Of a stretch of DNA of 64,000 nucleotides, positions 20,146 to 30,030 are shown one piece after another. The stretch's first letter is position 1, and the number at the start of each line of letters is the position of its first letter. The position numbers and the translations under genes are program-made. Below the pieces are notes generated by a model. It did no database searches. It saw nothing but the letters and a program-made list of their open reading frames with translations, and was not told the origin of the DNA. This DNA is from an uncultured Chroococcidiopsis sp. (GTDB lineage Bacteria > Cyanobacteriota > Cyanobacteriia > Cyanobacteriales > Chroococcidiopsidaceae): NCBI GenBank assembly GCA_964248365.1, contig CAXTYC010000005.1, positions 1-64,000 on the forward strand, in the 5' to 3' direction.

Positions 20146-20215
20146 AGCTTATAAAATGCCCTGTAGCAGTCGCCATGAGCATTGTTTTGACAGCCTTGTC
20201 AATTCTTTCGATCTT
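20146..20215 (-). promoter_or_regulatory. Shared regulatory motif copy C plus -10 box (TAAGCT) upstream of trpE
   Basis: + strand 20175 ATGAGCATTGTTTTGACAGCCTTGTCAATTCTTTCGATCTT. The -10 box is at 20146-20151. Confidence 0.7.
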
Positions 20216-20272
20216 AGTTTTGGCAAATACAGCTTTTAGAATTCGCGCATTCGCGCATTTGCAATTCGGAAT

Positions 20273-22621
20273 TTATAATTCTGCTGGGGGGCAACTCTGC
20301 TGGGGGGCAACTCTGCCCTCTTGTGCGGGTAACAACAAAGTATTCTCAATTTGCGATCGCACCTTACGAGTCACATAATAATTGCTATTTAGGCATTCAA
20401 CTAGCAATTGATTGGCACCATAGTATTGTTTGAGTGCTTCCTTTTGCTGCTGATTAAATTGCCAATTGTGACCAATGTTACGCTCGGAAATAATTACATT
20501 TCTTAATTGTTCAAGCCAAGCCATACCGTTGGCTTTCCACCACTTTAAAAATTGTTTTTTGTCTTTATCATTCTGGGGCAATTGTCCTTTAAGTTGTTGC
20601 AGAAGTTGCTCTAGCCTCGCCTCACATCCATGAGCATAAGTTATTGCTCGATCTAGAACACTCTCAAATACTAGGGCAGGTTCGAGCGATCGCTCAACAA
20701 TCTGATCGAGAGCTAAGGTACGGTCAAGAGCCAGGTCAAGGGCAAGGCTATGCTCAAGATCGCTCGTCAAATTACGATCAAGTAACCTAGCAAGCTCAAG
20801 GCTACTGGCAAAAACAGCCAAAATTCGGGCAACAGCCAAGTCAAAATAAAAAGCCCTTACAATTTCTGGTTTGTAAGAGACAGATACGGCAGAGGATTTT
20901 TGATTTACCCATGTGACAAAAGCTTGTAATTGTACATCAGAGGCTAATAATTCATCAATCTTTTGCTTAATTAATAGCAGCAGGTAATCAGCAGTTCGTA
21001 ACATTCCCGCTGTCAGAAAAAAGACTTCGCGCCATCGTTTTTCATTGATGTGATTGACCAGTTGCTTTAAAGATATCTCTAATAATTGAGGGTCAGAACT
21101 GTTAACAATTTCTCTAGCAGTCAAATACTCTTGAAATGTTAAATGAGAAAATGAATAAATTCCCTGCGCTCGTTCTACTAATAATCCATGCTGTGCTTCA
21201 ATTGACTTAAGTACGGCAGCGCTCTCAAGATGCAATGCCGAAGGTAAGGTATTCACACCTGGTAAGTGGCTAATATAATCCGCAATATACTGCTCTATTT
21301 TTTCTTGGGTAAAAAAGTATTCACCTCGCTCAAAGGTAGTCAAAGCAATTTGACTGAGTAAGTCTTTTTTATGCTGGATGGATAGCTTTTTGTATATTTG
21401 ATCTCGCTCAATATTACGTTTAGCATCCCATTTTTTCAATAATATATCCAATCCTTCTTTATAAAGCTCTGAACGATTCATAGGAAAGTCAGCTAATTCT
21501 TCAAATACCAAACATAGCAGTGTCAGTAAAAGAGGATTGGTAGCTAATTCTCGAATCGAAATGTTTGTTTGTAGCTTTTGGATGAAGGTTTTACTTTTAT
21601 TTGAGTTTTTAGCGGCAAACCACTTGTTAGCAAAATCCTTCACATCAGAATCATCAAAATCGGCTATTTCTACCTCTGTAAACTCTTTAAAAGTGTATTC
21701 TTTGGCAGCAATTCGACAAGTTAGGATAAAACGATTAGCATGAAATTGAGTAAAACAGTCTATAACTGAATTTAAAACTCGTTGACTATCTATTTCTTTG
21801 ACTTCATCGAGTCCATCTAGTAGAATGAGCATTTTGCCTTGGCTTAATAATTTTTCAGCAACTTTCGCATCAGTAATGCCATAGGCTGAAAATTGTTCTG
21901 TAATGTATTCAAGTAAGCTCAATTGCTGTTCCATTTCTGCAAAGTCCTTGAGCGTGATAAAAATCGGCACAAGATTTGCTAGCATCTGACCATTATTACA
22001 ACCAATCGCTATATGCTTTAAAAACGTTGTTTTGCCTGCACCTGGTTTACCTAAAACAATCAGCTTTGGGTATTGTTCGACCGCTTTTACTCCAAGTACT
22101 CGTTCTTGAATAATTGTGCCTAAGTTCGGGCGTTCAAATTCATCAGCTAGAGAAATTTTCAGTAAGTCTGTAAGTTTTAGCCGTTGTCGTCCGCTGATTT
22201 TTTCCAAAATGTTGACGTTAGTATAGATTTCACCCAGATCAATCGGCTGGGACATATCTAGCGCCCGCATCACGCCGCACTTTAATTGGACTTGGGCGTA
22301 TCCCTTCTGCCGCACCTCTTGTACAAGAGCATCAATATCAAAATCTTCGTCGCTGGCTAAATTTTCCCCAGCAAATTCATCTTCTTGGGGTAAATCAGCA
22401 ATATCTTCCCAAGGAAGTTGTAGCTTTTGGCAAATCTTATGAAAGTTTTCCCGCCCGATCGCTTTACCTGCAATAAACTTGTGGATCGTGGCGCGAGATA
22501 TGTCCAATTCATCGGCTAGAGCAACCTTAGACTCAATGTTCAGCAGGGCATTTTTTACTTTATTGATGCCTGCTGATGATACTTTGAGCGATCGCGTTGC
22601 TCGTTTTCTCACTAAAAACAC
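20273..22621 (-). CDS. NACHT-domain NTPase with N-terminal HTH-like domain and cyanobacterial C-terminal helical domain
   Basis: Walker A GKPGAGKTT, Walker B LILLDGLDE, TCR, NPLLL and FSHLTFQEYL motifs; C-terminal RNIGHNWQF..YY.ANQLLVECL. Confidence 0.9.
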   Translation of the reverse strand: MFLVRKRATRSLKVSSAGINKVKNALLNIESKVALADELDISRATIHKFIAGKAIGRENFHKICQKLQLPWEDIADLPQEDEFAGENLASDEDFDIDALVQEVRQKGYAQVQLKCGVMRALDMSQPIDLGEIYTNVNILEKISGRQRLKLTDLLKISLADEFERPNLGTIIQERVLGVKAVEQYPKLIVLGKPGAGKTTFLKHIAIGCNNGQMLANLVPIFITLKDFAEMEQQLSLLEYITEQFSAYGITDAKVAEKLLSQGKMLILLDGLDEVKEIDSQRVLNSVIDCFTQFHANRFILTCRIAAKEYTFKEFTEVEIADFDDSDVKDFANKWFAAKNSNKSKTFIQKLQTNISIRELATNPLLLTLLCLVFEELADFPMNRSELYKEGLDILLKKWDAKRNIERDQIYKKLSIQHKKDLLSQIALTTFERGEYFFTQEKIEQYIADYISHLPGVNTLPSALHLESAAVLKSIEAQHGLLVERAQGIYSFSHLTFQEYLTAREIVNSSDPQLLEISLKQLVNHINEKRWREVFFLTAGMLRTADYLLLLIKQKIDELLASDVQLQAFVTWVNQKSSAVSVSYKPEIVRAFYFDLAVARILAVFASSLELARLLDRNLTSDLEHSLALDLALDRTLALDQIVERSLEPALVFESVLDRAITYAHGCEARLEQLLQQLKGQLPQNDKDKKQFLKWWKANGMAWLEQLRNVIISERNIGHNWQFNQQQKEALKQYYGANQLLVECLNSNYYVTRKVRSQIENTLLLPAQEGRVAPQQSCPPAEL

Positions 22622-22662
22622 TTTCCTTAATTGAGTAATCGATCAGTGGTAGGTTTTCATTT

Positions 22663-22909
22663 TAGGACTTACGCAGTGACACAAAAGACGATTATGGGTG
22701 GAAGCTATAATTTCTCATGAAAGCGATACTCTTGTAACTGCGAGAAGCACCTGTTTACCTAACAACTAAAAGAATAACTTCAATTTAGCTAGAGTTGCAT
22801 CCTCCTTTTTGGGAACTACATTTCCAACTTGAGATTTGGCTTTTCTAAACAGTCCTTTACCTGCTGCATAGTGTACACATCACTATCTATCTGTACCAAG
22901 TAAGTCCTA
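22663..22909. mobile_element. MITE-like remnant upstream of the NACHT gene
   Basis: TAGGACTTAC (22663-22672) pairs with GTAAGTCCTA (22900-22909). A second degenerate partner lies near 22733-22753. Confidence 0.45.
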
Positions 22910-22960
22910 GATTTTTGACTTGTATGGTAACGCCCCTACTCACCCCTTTTCCCCTCACTC

Positions 22961-24331
22961 CTATTTAAGATGCCCTAAAATTAGCCCATAAATATCAGTT
23001 GGCTCAAGCGCTGTTGTACCCTCGGTTAGGTGGGATTGCTGAGTGATGAAAAGTGGACCATCTGCTAAAGAAGTGATGCTACCATGAGAACCGCGTACCA
23101 GTGAAGCATCTAGCCCAATTACGTCCATTAGGTAACGAAAACCTAGTTTTTTCTTGAGTAGGGTTAAGCCTACCTTTGCCTTGGAAAATGGTATCTGGGG
23201 GTCAACAAATAATTCTACAGGGTCGTAACCAGGTTTACGATGGATATCAACTGTCCTAGCAAAATCAGGTGCTTTACTGTCATCAAGCCAGTAGTAGTAG
23301 GTAAACCAAGCATTCGGATCGGCGATCGCCACTAATTCCCCTGATCTGGGATGAGCGAGATGATATTGGGACTTTTGCTCCTCGTCTAAGACTAAGGCTA
23401 CACCTGGAGTTGCTTCTAGTATTGCCCGCACCTTGGGGATATAGTCTGGATCGTTGACATAAACATGGGCAATTTGATGATCGGCAACTGCAAATGCAAT
23501 ACTAGCTCCTGCATCTAGCAGTTCTCGTCCTAGTTCTTCCCGTACTGTCAATAAACCATTTTCACGCAGCATCCGATTTAGGTGAATCGGTTGAGTTACT
23601 GATGTGATGCCATATTCTGACAGTACAATCACTTGGGCATTGCGATCTTGATAATATTGAATCAAATCCCCACAAACTGCATCAATTTCTTGTAAGTCCT
23701 TTGCTACCAAGTTTTGCTCCGAACCAACACGTTGCAGGCAGTAATCGAGGTGGGGCAGATACACTAATGTTAAAGTCGGGTTGTGGCGTTGTTCAACCCA
23801 TTTGGCAGAGTCGGCAATCCACTTGGTAGAATCAATTGATGTATTAGGACCCCAGAAATTGAATAGGGGAAATTGACCCAGATCGGTTTGGAGTTGCGAT
23901 CGCATCTCGACTGGCTGCGTGTAAATATCAGGAATTTTCCTGCCATCAGCGGGATACATCGGTCGGGGAGTAACCGCATAATCTACCGATGAGTACATAT
24001 TATACCACCAAAACAAGTTGGCGCAGGTAAAACTAGGATCGAGCGATCGCGCTACTTCCCACACCTTGCTCGCCTGAACGAGTTTATTCGATTGTCGCCA
24101 GAACTTAATTTCACACTCATCCCGAAAATACCAGCCATTAGCGACAATTCCATGCTCACTGGGAAACTTACCTGTAAGATAAGTTGCCTGAACTGAACAA
24201 GTAACAGCGGGTAACATTGATTTGACTGGAACCATTTGCCCATTCGCCGCCCAACGGGACAAAAACGGCGTATGCTGCCCGATAAGGCTGGGTGTCAATC
24301 CTACTACGTTCAGAACAACAGTCTTTTTCAT
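22961..24331 (-). CDS. eboF: Alkaline phosphatase / nucleotide pyrophosphatase family protein EboF
   Basis: VLNVVGLT, PAVTCSVQ, YLPHLDY, DIHRKPGYDP and GSHG motifs, in ebo context. Confidence 0.92.
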   Translation of the reverse strand: MKKTVVLNVVGLTPSLIGQHTPFLSRWAANGQMVPVKSMLPAVTCSVQATYLTGKFPSEHGIVANGWYFRDECEIKFWRQSNKLVQASKVWEVARSLDPSFTCANLFWWYNMYSSVDYAVTPRPMYPADGRKIPDIYTQPVEMRSQLQTDLGQFPLFNFWGPNTSIDSTKWIADSAKWVEQRHNPTLTLVYLPHLDYCLQRVGSEQNLVAKDLQEIDAVCGDLIQYYQDRNAQVIVLSEYGITSVTQPIHLNRMLRENGLLTVREELGRELLDAGASIAFAVADHQIAHVYVNDPDYIPKVRAILEATPGVALVLDEEQKSQYHLAHPRSGELVAIADPNAWFTYYYWLDDSKAPDFARTVDIHRKPGYDPVELFVDPQIPFSKAKVGLTLLKKKLGFRYLMDVIGLDASLVRGSHGSITSLADGPLFITQQSHLTEGTTALEPTDIYGLILGHLK

Positions 24332-24479
24332 TAGGGGCTAGGGGCTAGGGGCTAGAGGCTAGTGTTGAGGACAAGGGGACAAGGGGACAAGGGGGAATTA
24401 AATATTCACAACTTCACAACTTCACAACTTCACAACTCCTGACTTGGAGACTTCCGACTTCCGCGCTTCCGAATTGTGA

Positions 24480-25100
24480 TTAGACTTTGTAGCGTGAGCC
24501 GATGCTTTTTTGAAAGGCAGGACGTGAGGACAGCTGCTTGATATAATTTAAAACTGCTGGGTAGGTGTTCAAGTCTAGCTTGCTCATTAGCTGCTTGGTT
24601 TCGTTCACAACTTCAGGGTAGGCGCTTACGTCTAGTTTGAGCATGATCGGAATGTAAGCGAGTATTGATCCTACTGCCACATCTGCTATAGTGAAGCGAT
24701 CGCCCAGTAAGTAAGGTTGATGCGCCAGAATTTGATTGATTGCAGTCAATAAGCCAGGTGCTTCACGCACCATATTCTCTTTTACCAAAATCGCTGATGA
24801 CAGCGTGGAATTACCAAACAAAACCCATTGAGTCAAGATAGCGCGTTGCTCTAGATCTGAAGAGATTTTGCCGTATTTCTCAGCCAGATACAGCAAAATT
24901 GCCCCAGATTCCCAAAGCTGAAAATCTCCGTCTATAATTGCTGGGACTCTTCCCATTGGGTTAATTGCCAGAAATTCGGGCTGTTTGTGCGCTTCGGCGT
25001 GCATATCTAATTGCACATATTCGTAGGGAACTTGCAGTTCCTCTAGATACCACTGGACAATTGAGGCGCGGCTAAGCGCACCACCATAAAGTTTCAACAT
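24480..25100 (-). CDS. Glutathione S-transferase
   Basis: INPMGRVPAI, LWESGAILLYL and FTIADV motifs. Confidence 0.93.
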   Translation of the reverse strand: MLKLYGGALSRASIVQWYLEELQVPYEYVQLDMHAEAHKQPEFLAINPMGRVPAIIDGDFQLWESGAILLYLAEKYGKISSDLEQRAILTQWVLFGNSTLSSAILVKENMVREAPGLLTAINQILAHQPYLLGDRFTIADVAVGSILAYIPIMLKLDVSAYPEVVNETKQLMSKLDLNTYPAVLNYIKQLSSRPAFQKSIGSRYKV

Positions 25101-25108
25101 AGTCTTTC

Positions 25109-26356
25109 TCAGTTCACAGCTAAAGGAATTTGTGAAGCGAGTGCTTTTTCACATACCCAATCATATTCGCGCACAAGGGAGGCTAGCAAATCCAACTTCA
25201 TTCCTTCTGGCAGTACATCCCAGGTGTAAGTTTCAATTTCTAGGTGATTGCAGGCATGATTAGTGCGTAGCAAATCTAGCACAGTAACAATGTCTTCTTG
25301 GGTAGAGTGTAACAGTTGGTAATCGTGGATAAAAATTGGAACGTGAAAGTGAATCCGCCATTCGGTAGATGTAGTATGCTCAAAATTGGGTAAAGCGGTT
25401 TCTAGATCTTGATAGTGATGTAGATCTCCATTAATATCCCGTTCAATTACCTGGTGTAGATAGGTAGACTCAGCAAAGGGACGCAACCGCTCTACTACCT
25501 GGCGGCGCTGTTTTGCATCTTCCGGCACGTTCACTTGCAAAGCTGCACTAATTTGAATCTTACCAATTTGAATCCCAACGGCTTCAAATTGCTTGAAGAC
25601 TTTGCCAGGTTCTTCATACTCTAGGGCAAAATGGCAGGTGTCATAACAAATACGTATATGTTCAAGTAGATAAGATTCTGCTGTTGAACGCGAAATTCCT
25701 AAATGCTCTGCCAGGTAAGCTCCACCAATCGGTAATAAATGCTTTTGGAAATAATCAACTACTTCGGCAGCATTTTCAATTAATCCATCGGGTTCTGGTT
25801 CCAAACCCAGGTGCAGCAGTTTTCCTGTTTCGGCTCGAATGCGTACCATTTGAGCCGCCACCTGTGCTAATTGAATACTGGCTGTGTCTATGACGGATGC
25901 CTGTAGAACTTGATTTCCCTCAAACCAAGGCTTGTACGATAACGGTAGTGTGGAAATGCTACCATCCATACCATCTGGCAACAGATTTGCCAAGATGCTT
26001 GTTAGTCTTAAGGTGTAATCTAATCGCTCTTTTTTAGACCAATCTGGGGCATAAACTTGGTCTTTCACTACCTGCCGATGAAATCCGCCATAAGGAAAGC
26101 CATTCAAGGTAAACACGTATAAGTCTTGTTCAATCAACCAGGAATGAAACTGGGTCAAGGTGTTTCCTTGCAACAGTTCGGTTGCTGCTACATTGGCTAA
26201 GCGCAACCCAATGCCGAATGGTTGGTTTGGGGAAAGCTGTGCTTTGAGAACTGGAATGTAATGTTTTAGATTTGCAAAGACTTCCTTCCATTCTTCACCA
26301 GGGTGAATGTTGGTGCAGTATGTTACGTGAAAGCCGTTATTTGTTCCTATCTTCAT
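25109..26356 (-). CDS. eboE: TIM-barrel metabolite traffic protein EboE
   Basis: TYCTNIHPGE, NGFPYGGFH, LEPEP, WRIHFHVP and EIETYTW motifs. Confidence 0.94.
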   Translation of the reverse strand: MKIGTNNGFHVTYCTNIHPGEEWKEVFANLKHYIPVLKAQLSPNQPFGIGLRLANVAATELLQGNTLTQFHSWLIEQDLYVFTLNGFPYGGFHRQVVKDQVYAPDWSKKERLDYTLRLTSILANLLPDGMDGSISTLPLSYKPWFEGNQVLQASVIDTASIQLAQVAAQMVRIRAETGKLLHLGLEPEPDGLIENAAEVVDYFQKHLLPIGGAYLAEHLGISRSTAESYLLEHIRICYDTCHFALEYEEPGKVFKQFEAVGIQIGKIQISAALQVNVPEDAKQRRQVVERLRPFAESTYLHQVIERDINGDLHHYQDLETALPNFEHTTSTEWRIHFHVPIFIHDYQLLHSTQEDIVTVLDLLRTNHACNHLEIETYTWDVLPEGMKLDLLASLVREYDWVCEKALASQIPLAVN

Positions 26357-26409
26357 CTTTTAGCTACTTGCTCATGGGTAATGGCTAATGGGTAATGGCT
26401 AATGGGTGT

Positions 26410-26565
26410 TACCAACTACCGTACGCGCGGGTTTATCAGACATACTTGTGAGGCGCAAGATAACTCGTTTAAACCCGCCCCTACCAACTACCGTACGGGC
26501 GGGTTTATCAGACATACTTGTGAGGCTCCAAATAACTGGTTTAAAGAGCGCCCCTACCAACTACC
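26410..26565. repeat. Tandem duplication of a 72-73-bp REP-doublet-like hairpin unit
   Basis: Two copies of TACCAACTACCGTAC(G/C)..GCGGGTTTATCAGACATACTTGTGAGG..TTTAAA..CGCCCC start at 26410 and 26482. Confidence 0.85.
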
Positions 26566-26567
26566 AA

Positions 26568-27758
26568 TTACCAATCAGCTAACAGCGAAATTGCTTGCCT
26601 GTACAATGATATATCTACTTCGTGAACCTCAATTCCCTGCCCAATACTTTGTAGCAGCATCAGTGTTAATTCTCCGCCTAAGTGTTCCCGAAACTCGGTC
26701 AATCCTCTGAATAGACAGCGGGATTCTAGTTGAGAATTAGCTGGCGACAGTTCTGACACGTACAATGTGAAACCGAGTGCCTTTAGGGTATTCATTACCC
26801 GTTGCCACTCGGGGCATGAAAGCAATCCTCGCAGGTAAGAATAGGTTGTATCTAGAGCTATACCGATCGCTACTGCTTCGCCATGACGCAGGCGGTAATC
26901 CGTCAATTGCTCCAATTTATGTGCCGCCCAGTGACCAAAATCCAAAGGACGAGATGAACCCTTCTCAAAGGCATCGCCGCTATTGGCAATATGCTCTAAG
27001 TGCAACCCAGCGCAACGATAGATCAACTGTTGCATGGTGTCCATGTCTCGATCTACCAGAGCTGAGGTATGTTCGGCAATGAACTCAAAGAAGGTTGCAT
27101 CTTTGATCAAAGCTACTTTGATTGCTTCGGCAATACCAGATCGCCAGTCGCGCTCATCCAGGGTTGTCAAGAAATCAAAGTCATTTAGAACAGCATAAGG
27201 TGGTGCGAATGTGCCAAGAAAGTTCTTCTTATTGAAGGCATTGATACCGTTTTTTACACCAACGCCGGAATCATTTTGTGCTAATACCGTTGTTGGCACT
27301 CGCAGCAGTCGAACGCCTCGGTGAGCGGTTGCGGCGGCATATCCCACCATATCCAGTACAGATCCGCCACCGATCGCTAATACGTAAGAGTGGCGACACA
27401 ATCCAACTCGTTCAATCACCTGGTGAATTTGATCTACCAAGCTAGGAGTGTTCTTGGCGGCTTCTCCACCTGGCACAATTATTGGATCGCCGATCAATCT
27501 GAGAATATGTTCATAGCGATCGCTATAGTCTGCTAATTGCTTTAGCAATCGATCATGATGCTGCAATACTCCTGAATCTACGACAGCGATCGCGTGGCTG
27601 GGGCTTGAATGTCGATCTGCAACAACTTGCGCTAGCAATGGATTGTCCACGTTGAACAATCCATTGGTAAAGTGTACGTTATATTCAAAGATTACTGGAA
27701 CTCTTTGATGTATGGGCTGAATACCATATCTAGTCTTGGGCTTGATGTCAACTGCCAT
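26568..27758 (-). CDS. eboD: 3-dehydroquinate synthase-like sugar phosphate cyclase EboD (AroB-like)
   Basis: GGEAAKN, IGGGSVLD, PTTVLAQNDSGVGVKNG, LDFGHW and HGEAVAIG motifs. Start taken at ATG 27758. Confidence 0.92.
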   Translation of the reverse strand: MAVDIKPKTRYGIQPIHQRVPVIFEYNVHFTNGLFNVDNPLLAQVVADRHSSPSHAIAVVDSGVLQHHDRLLKQLADYSDRYEHILRLIGDPIIVPGGEAAKNTPSLVDQIHQVIERVGLCRHSYVLAIGGGSVLDMVGYAAATAHRGVRLLRVPTTVLAQNDSGVGVKNGINAFNKKNFLGTFAPPYAVLNDFDFLTTLDERDWRSGIAEAIKVALIKDATFFEFIAEHTSALVDRDMDTMQQLIYRCAGLHLEHIANSGDAFEKGSSRPLDFGHWAAHKLEQLTDYRLRHGEAVAIGIALDTTYSYLRGLLSCPEWQRVMNTLKALGFTLYVSELSPANSQLESRCLFRGLTEFREHLGGELTLMLLQSIGQGIEVHEVDISLYRQAISLLADW

Positions 27759-28064
27759 ATTATTTAGGATGCAAAATTTATGAGTGAGGGGAGAGCGATA
27801 AAAGTATAAAGTGAAGTTTTGCAAGTATTAATTGTGAAAATTTATACCCTTCAACTCCATTTTGAATTTCTTTTTCTAAAGCAATCCACACCCAACAGAA
27901 ATTTGAACAAAGGAAATTCAAAGGAAAACTTCAGCATTAAAAGCCTCTTTAATATTTTAAATTTTTTTTAACTTTTTTGGTGTAAACTTTAGGGCAATTT
28001 TGTGTTTAATTAAAGGTGGATTTGGGAAACTGTCTTATATATATTTTGAATTAAAAAACCTGAG

Positions 28065-28718
28065 TTATAATTTCAGGGCATTTGTTGATACTTGCAGAAA
28101 CTCAGCCCTGGTCAAAGCTTGTAGAAATACTTCAACCCTGTGAGAACCGTCAACCCTAATTTGGTTGTTGATGATGAAGAAAGGTACACTAGTGATGCCA
28201 TTAAGCCGAGCAAATGTTGATTGGGCTACAACTGCATCCAGCGCCACACCATTGTTTAATTGATGCCCAGCAACAGCTGCGTTCATGCCAGCAGCTTTGC
28301 CTATGGCAACAAGAACGTCAATGTCTCCGATATTCAAACCGTCTTCAAAGTAAGCTTTGTAAATCGCTTCTACTAGGGCATTTTTAATCTTTTCTGGTGC
28401 TATAGTAATAAGTTGATGGGAAAGTGTTGTATTGACAGCCAAAGATATTTTGTCGAAATTTAGTTTTACCCCAGCTTCGTCACCCACTTGCCGAGTGTAG
28501 TCAAACATTTGTTCGAGTTCTTCTAATCCCATTTCTTTCCTTGACTGCATGAAGGTACGAAACTCGTATCCTTGAGGAGGAATGGTGCTATCTAACAAGA
28601 ATGGATGCCACCGAATATCTACTGGTTTGCCTTGCCATTGTTCGAGTGCATCGAAAAGATGCTTTTTACCAATCCAACACCAAGGGCAGGCGGTATCGTG
28701 GAAGATGTCAATGAGCAT
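28065..28718 (-). CDS. dsbA: DsbA/FrnE-family oxidoreductase of the scytonemin cluster
   Basis: DTACPWCWIG CxxC motif and ITSVPFF cis-Pro loop. Confidence 0.88.
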   Translation of the reverse strand: MLIDIFHDTACPWCWIGKKHLFDALEQWQGKPVDIRWHPFLLDSTIPPQGYEFRTFMQSRKEMGLEELEQMFDYTRQVGDEAGVKLNFDKISLAVNTTLSHQLITIAPEKIKNALVEAIYKAYFEDGLNIGDIDVLVAIGKAAGMNAAVAGHQLNNGVALDAVVAQSTFARLNGITSVPFFIINNQIRVDGSHRVEVFLQALTRAEFLQVSTNALKL

Positions 28719-28760
28719 AGTTTTGTTTTTTTGTTCTCTAACCACAATCGGTAGTACTTT

Positions 28761-29870
28761 CTACACCTGGACTACTTTAGCAGCGATGGAAGGACTGTTG
28801 CCTTCGTGGGCTGCATAACTACTTTGCTCTGGTGGAGATTGGGTTTCTTTGTTAAAAAAGCTTGCTGCTGCTTCAAATTCTCGAATTAGAGCAACTCTAT
28901 CTTTCTGTGCGACTAGCTGCGCCAAGCGACTGTAGGTGTTTGCTAACTTTTCAATTGTTTGGCATCTTTCTTCTGTAGCCAGCATGATGTCCACACACAG
29001 AGTTGGATTTTGAGCAAACAAACGATTTACTATGTCAATCTCTTGGCGGTAGCTTGGACTTGCCATCGACAAGCTACGGTCTATGTCAAAATTTTCTGCC
29101 GCTAAAAAGACTCCGAAGCTAAACCGAGAGAAGTGCTGCGTCGCCTGAATGATTACCATCATGCTGTCATGCTCTTGGGGAGTGCATTCGATTAGCTTTG
29201 CACCCTGATTTTGCATGAAGTCAAGCAACCATTGAAATGAATCATCATTTCTGCCTGAGCAAACTACAACTTTTTGTCCCGAAAAAGATTTTACGCTGGG
29301 ACCAAACATAGGATGTAGCCCCATTACAGGTCCTGTGTGTTGCTCAAGCATCGCTTCTACTGGCTCGGTCTTGAGGCTAGTGATATCAGCAAGAGCTGTA
29401 GTTGGGGCAAGATATTTGGCTGCACGTTTAATTATATCTACAGTCTTTTCAATTGGAACGCTGACTAATACTAGCTCTGCCTCACCTAGCAATTTATCTG
29501 CATTTTCCCAATCAGAGTTTCCCAGATTACTAACGCTGTGACCTGCGGCTGAAAGATGCTGGGTGAAGAATTTTCCCATTCTGCCACGTCCACCGATTAT
29601 GGTGATTCGTCGGGACTTGACGAAATTGTTGTTATTGTTATTATTTAGACTACTTACAGACCCAACTTTATTGGTAAGTACAGCAATACAACTCATGATC
29701 GCATTGCTTGCCCAAACATACTCAGGAACATCAAGCTGTTCGAGCAAGGGAGCAACATAAGAAAGTTGCTCCTCAATATTTGGCATTCCTGATTGGGCTA
29801 GAATTGATAAGCGATCGCGTAAAAGCTCGATTATACGCTCGTCAGTTTGTTTAAGCTTTTCTGGTATCAT
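28761..29870 (-). CDS. tyrA: Chorismate mutase-like / prephenate dehydrogenase
   Basis: IIGGRGRMG, DITSLK, LHPMFGP and EHDSMM motifs. Confidence 0.93.
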   Translation of the reverse strand: MIPEKLKQTDERIIELLRDRLSILAQSGMPNIEEQLSYVAPLLEQLDVPEYVWASNAIMSCIAVLTNKVGSVSSLNNNNNNNFVKSRRITIIGGRGRMGKFFTQHLSAAGHSVSNLGNSDWENADKLLGEAELVLVSVPIEKTVDIIKRAAKYLAPTTALADITSLKTEPVEAMLEQHTGPVMGLHPMFGPSVKSFSGQKVVVCSGRNDDSFQWLLDFMQNQGAKLIECTPQEHDSMMVIIQATQHFSRFSFGVFLAAENFDIDRSLSMASPSYRQEIDIVNRLFAQNPTLCVDIMLATEERCQTIEKLANTYSRLAQLVAQKDRVALIREFEAAASFFNKETQSPPEQSSYAAHEGNSPSIAAKVVQV

Positions 29871-30030
29871 ATTCGCTAATTAGTGGTTGGTAATTGGTAG
29901 TTGGTAAAGAGTTAAAGGTTAAAGGTTAAAGGTTAAAGGTTAAAGGTTAAATCAATTCCCTTTTCCCTTTTCCCTTTCCCCTTTTCCCTTCTTCCATTAC
30001 CCATTACCCATTACCGATTTACAGACAATT

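Noticed and set aside
20187..20202. TTGACA-N4-TGTCAA palindrome as a CRP/FNR-type site, or TTGACA as a -35 box
   Set aside because: The palindrome is not kept in copies B and D, and no -10 lies 17 nt from TTGACA. The direct-repeat model fits all copies better.
26402..26710. 102-aa ORF with an internal repeat, or a CRISPR-like array
   Set aside because: It is a translation of the tandem REP units plus antisense eboD, and the internal segments are near-identical rather than unique spacers.
29624..29644. Poly-Asn (7) tract in TyrA as a phase-variable site
   Set aside because: The tract uses mixed AAT/AAC codons in an interdomain linker, and triplet slippage would not shift the frame.
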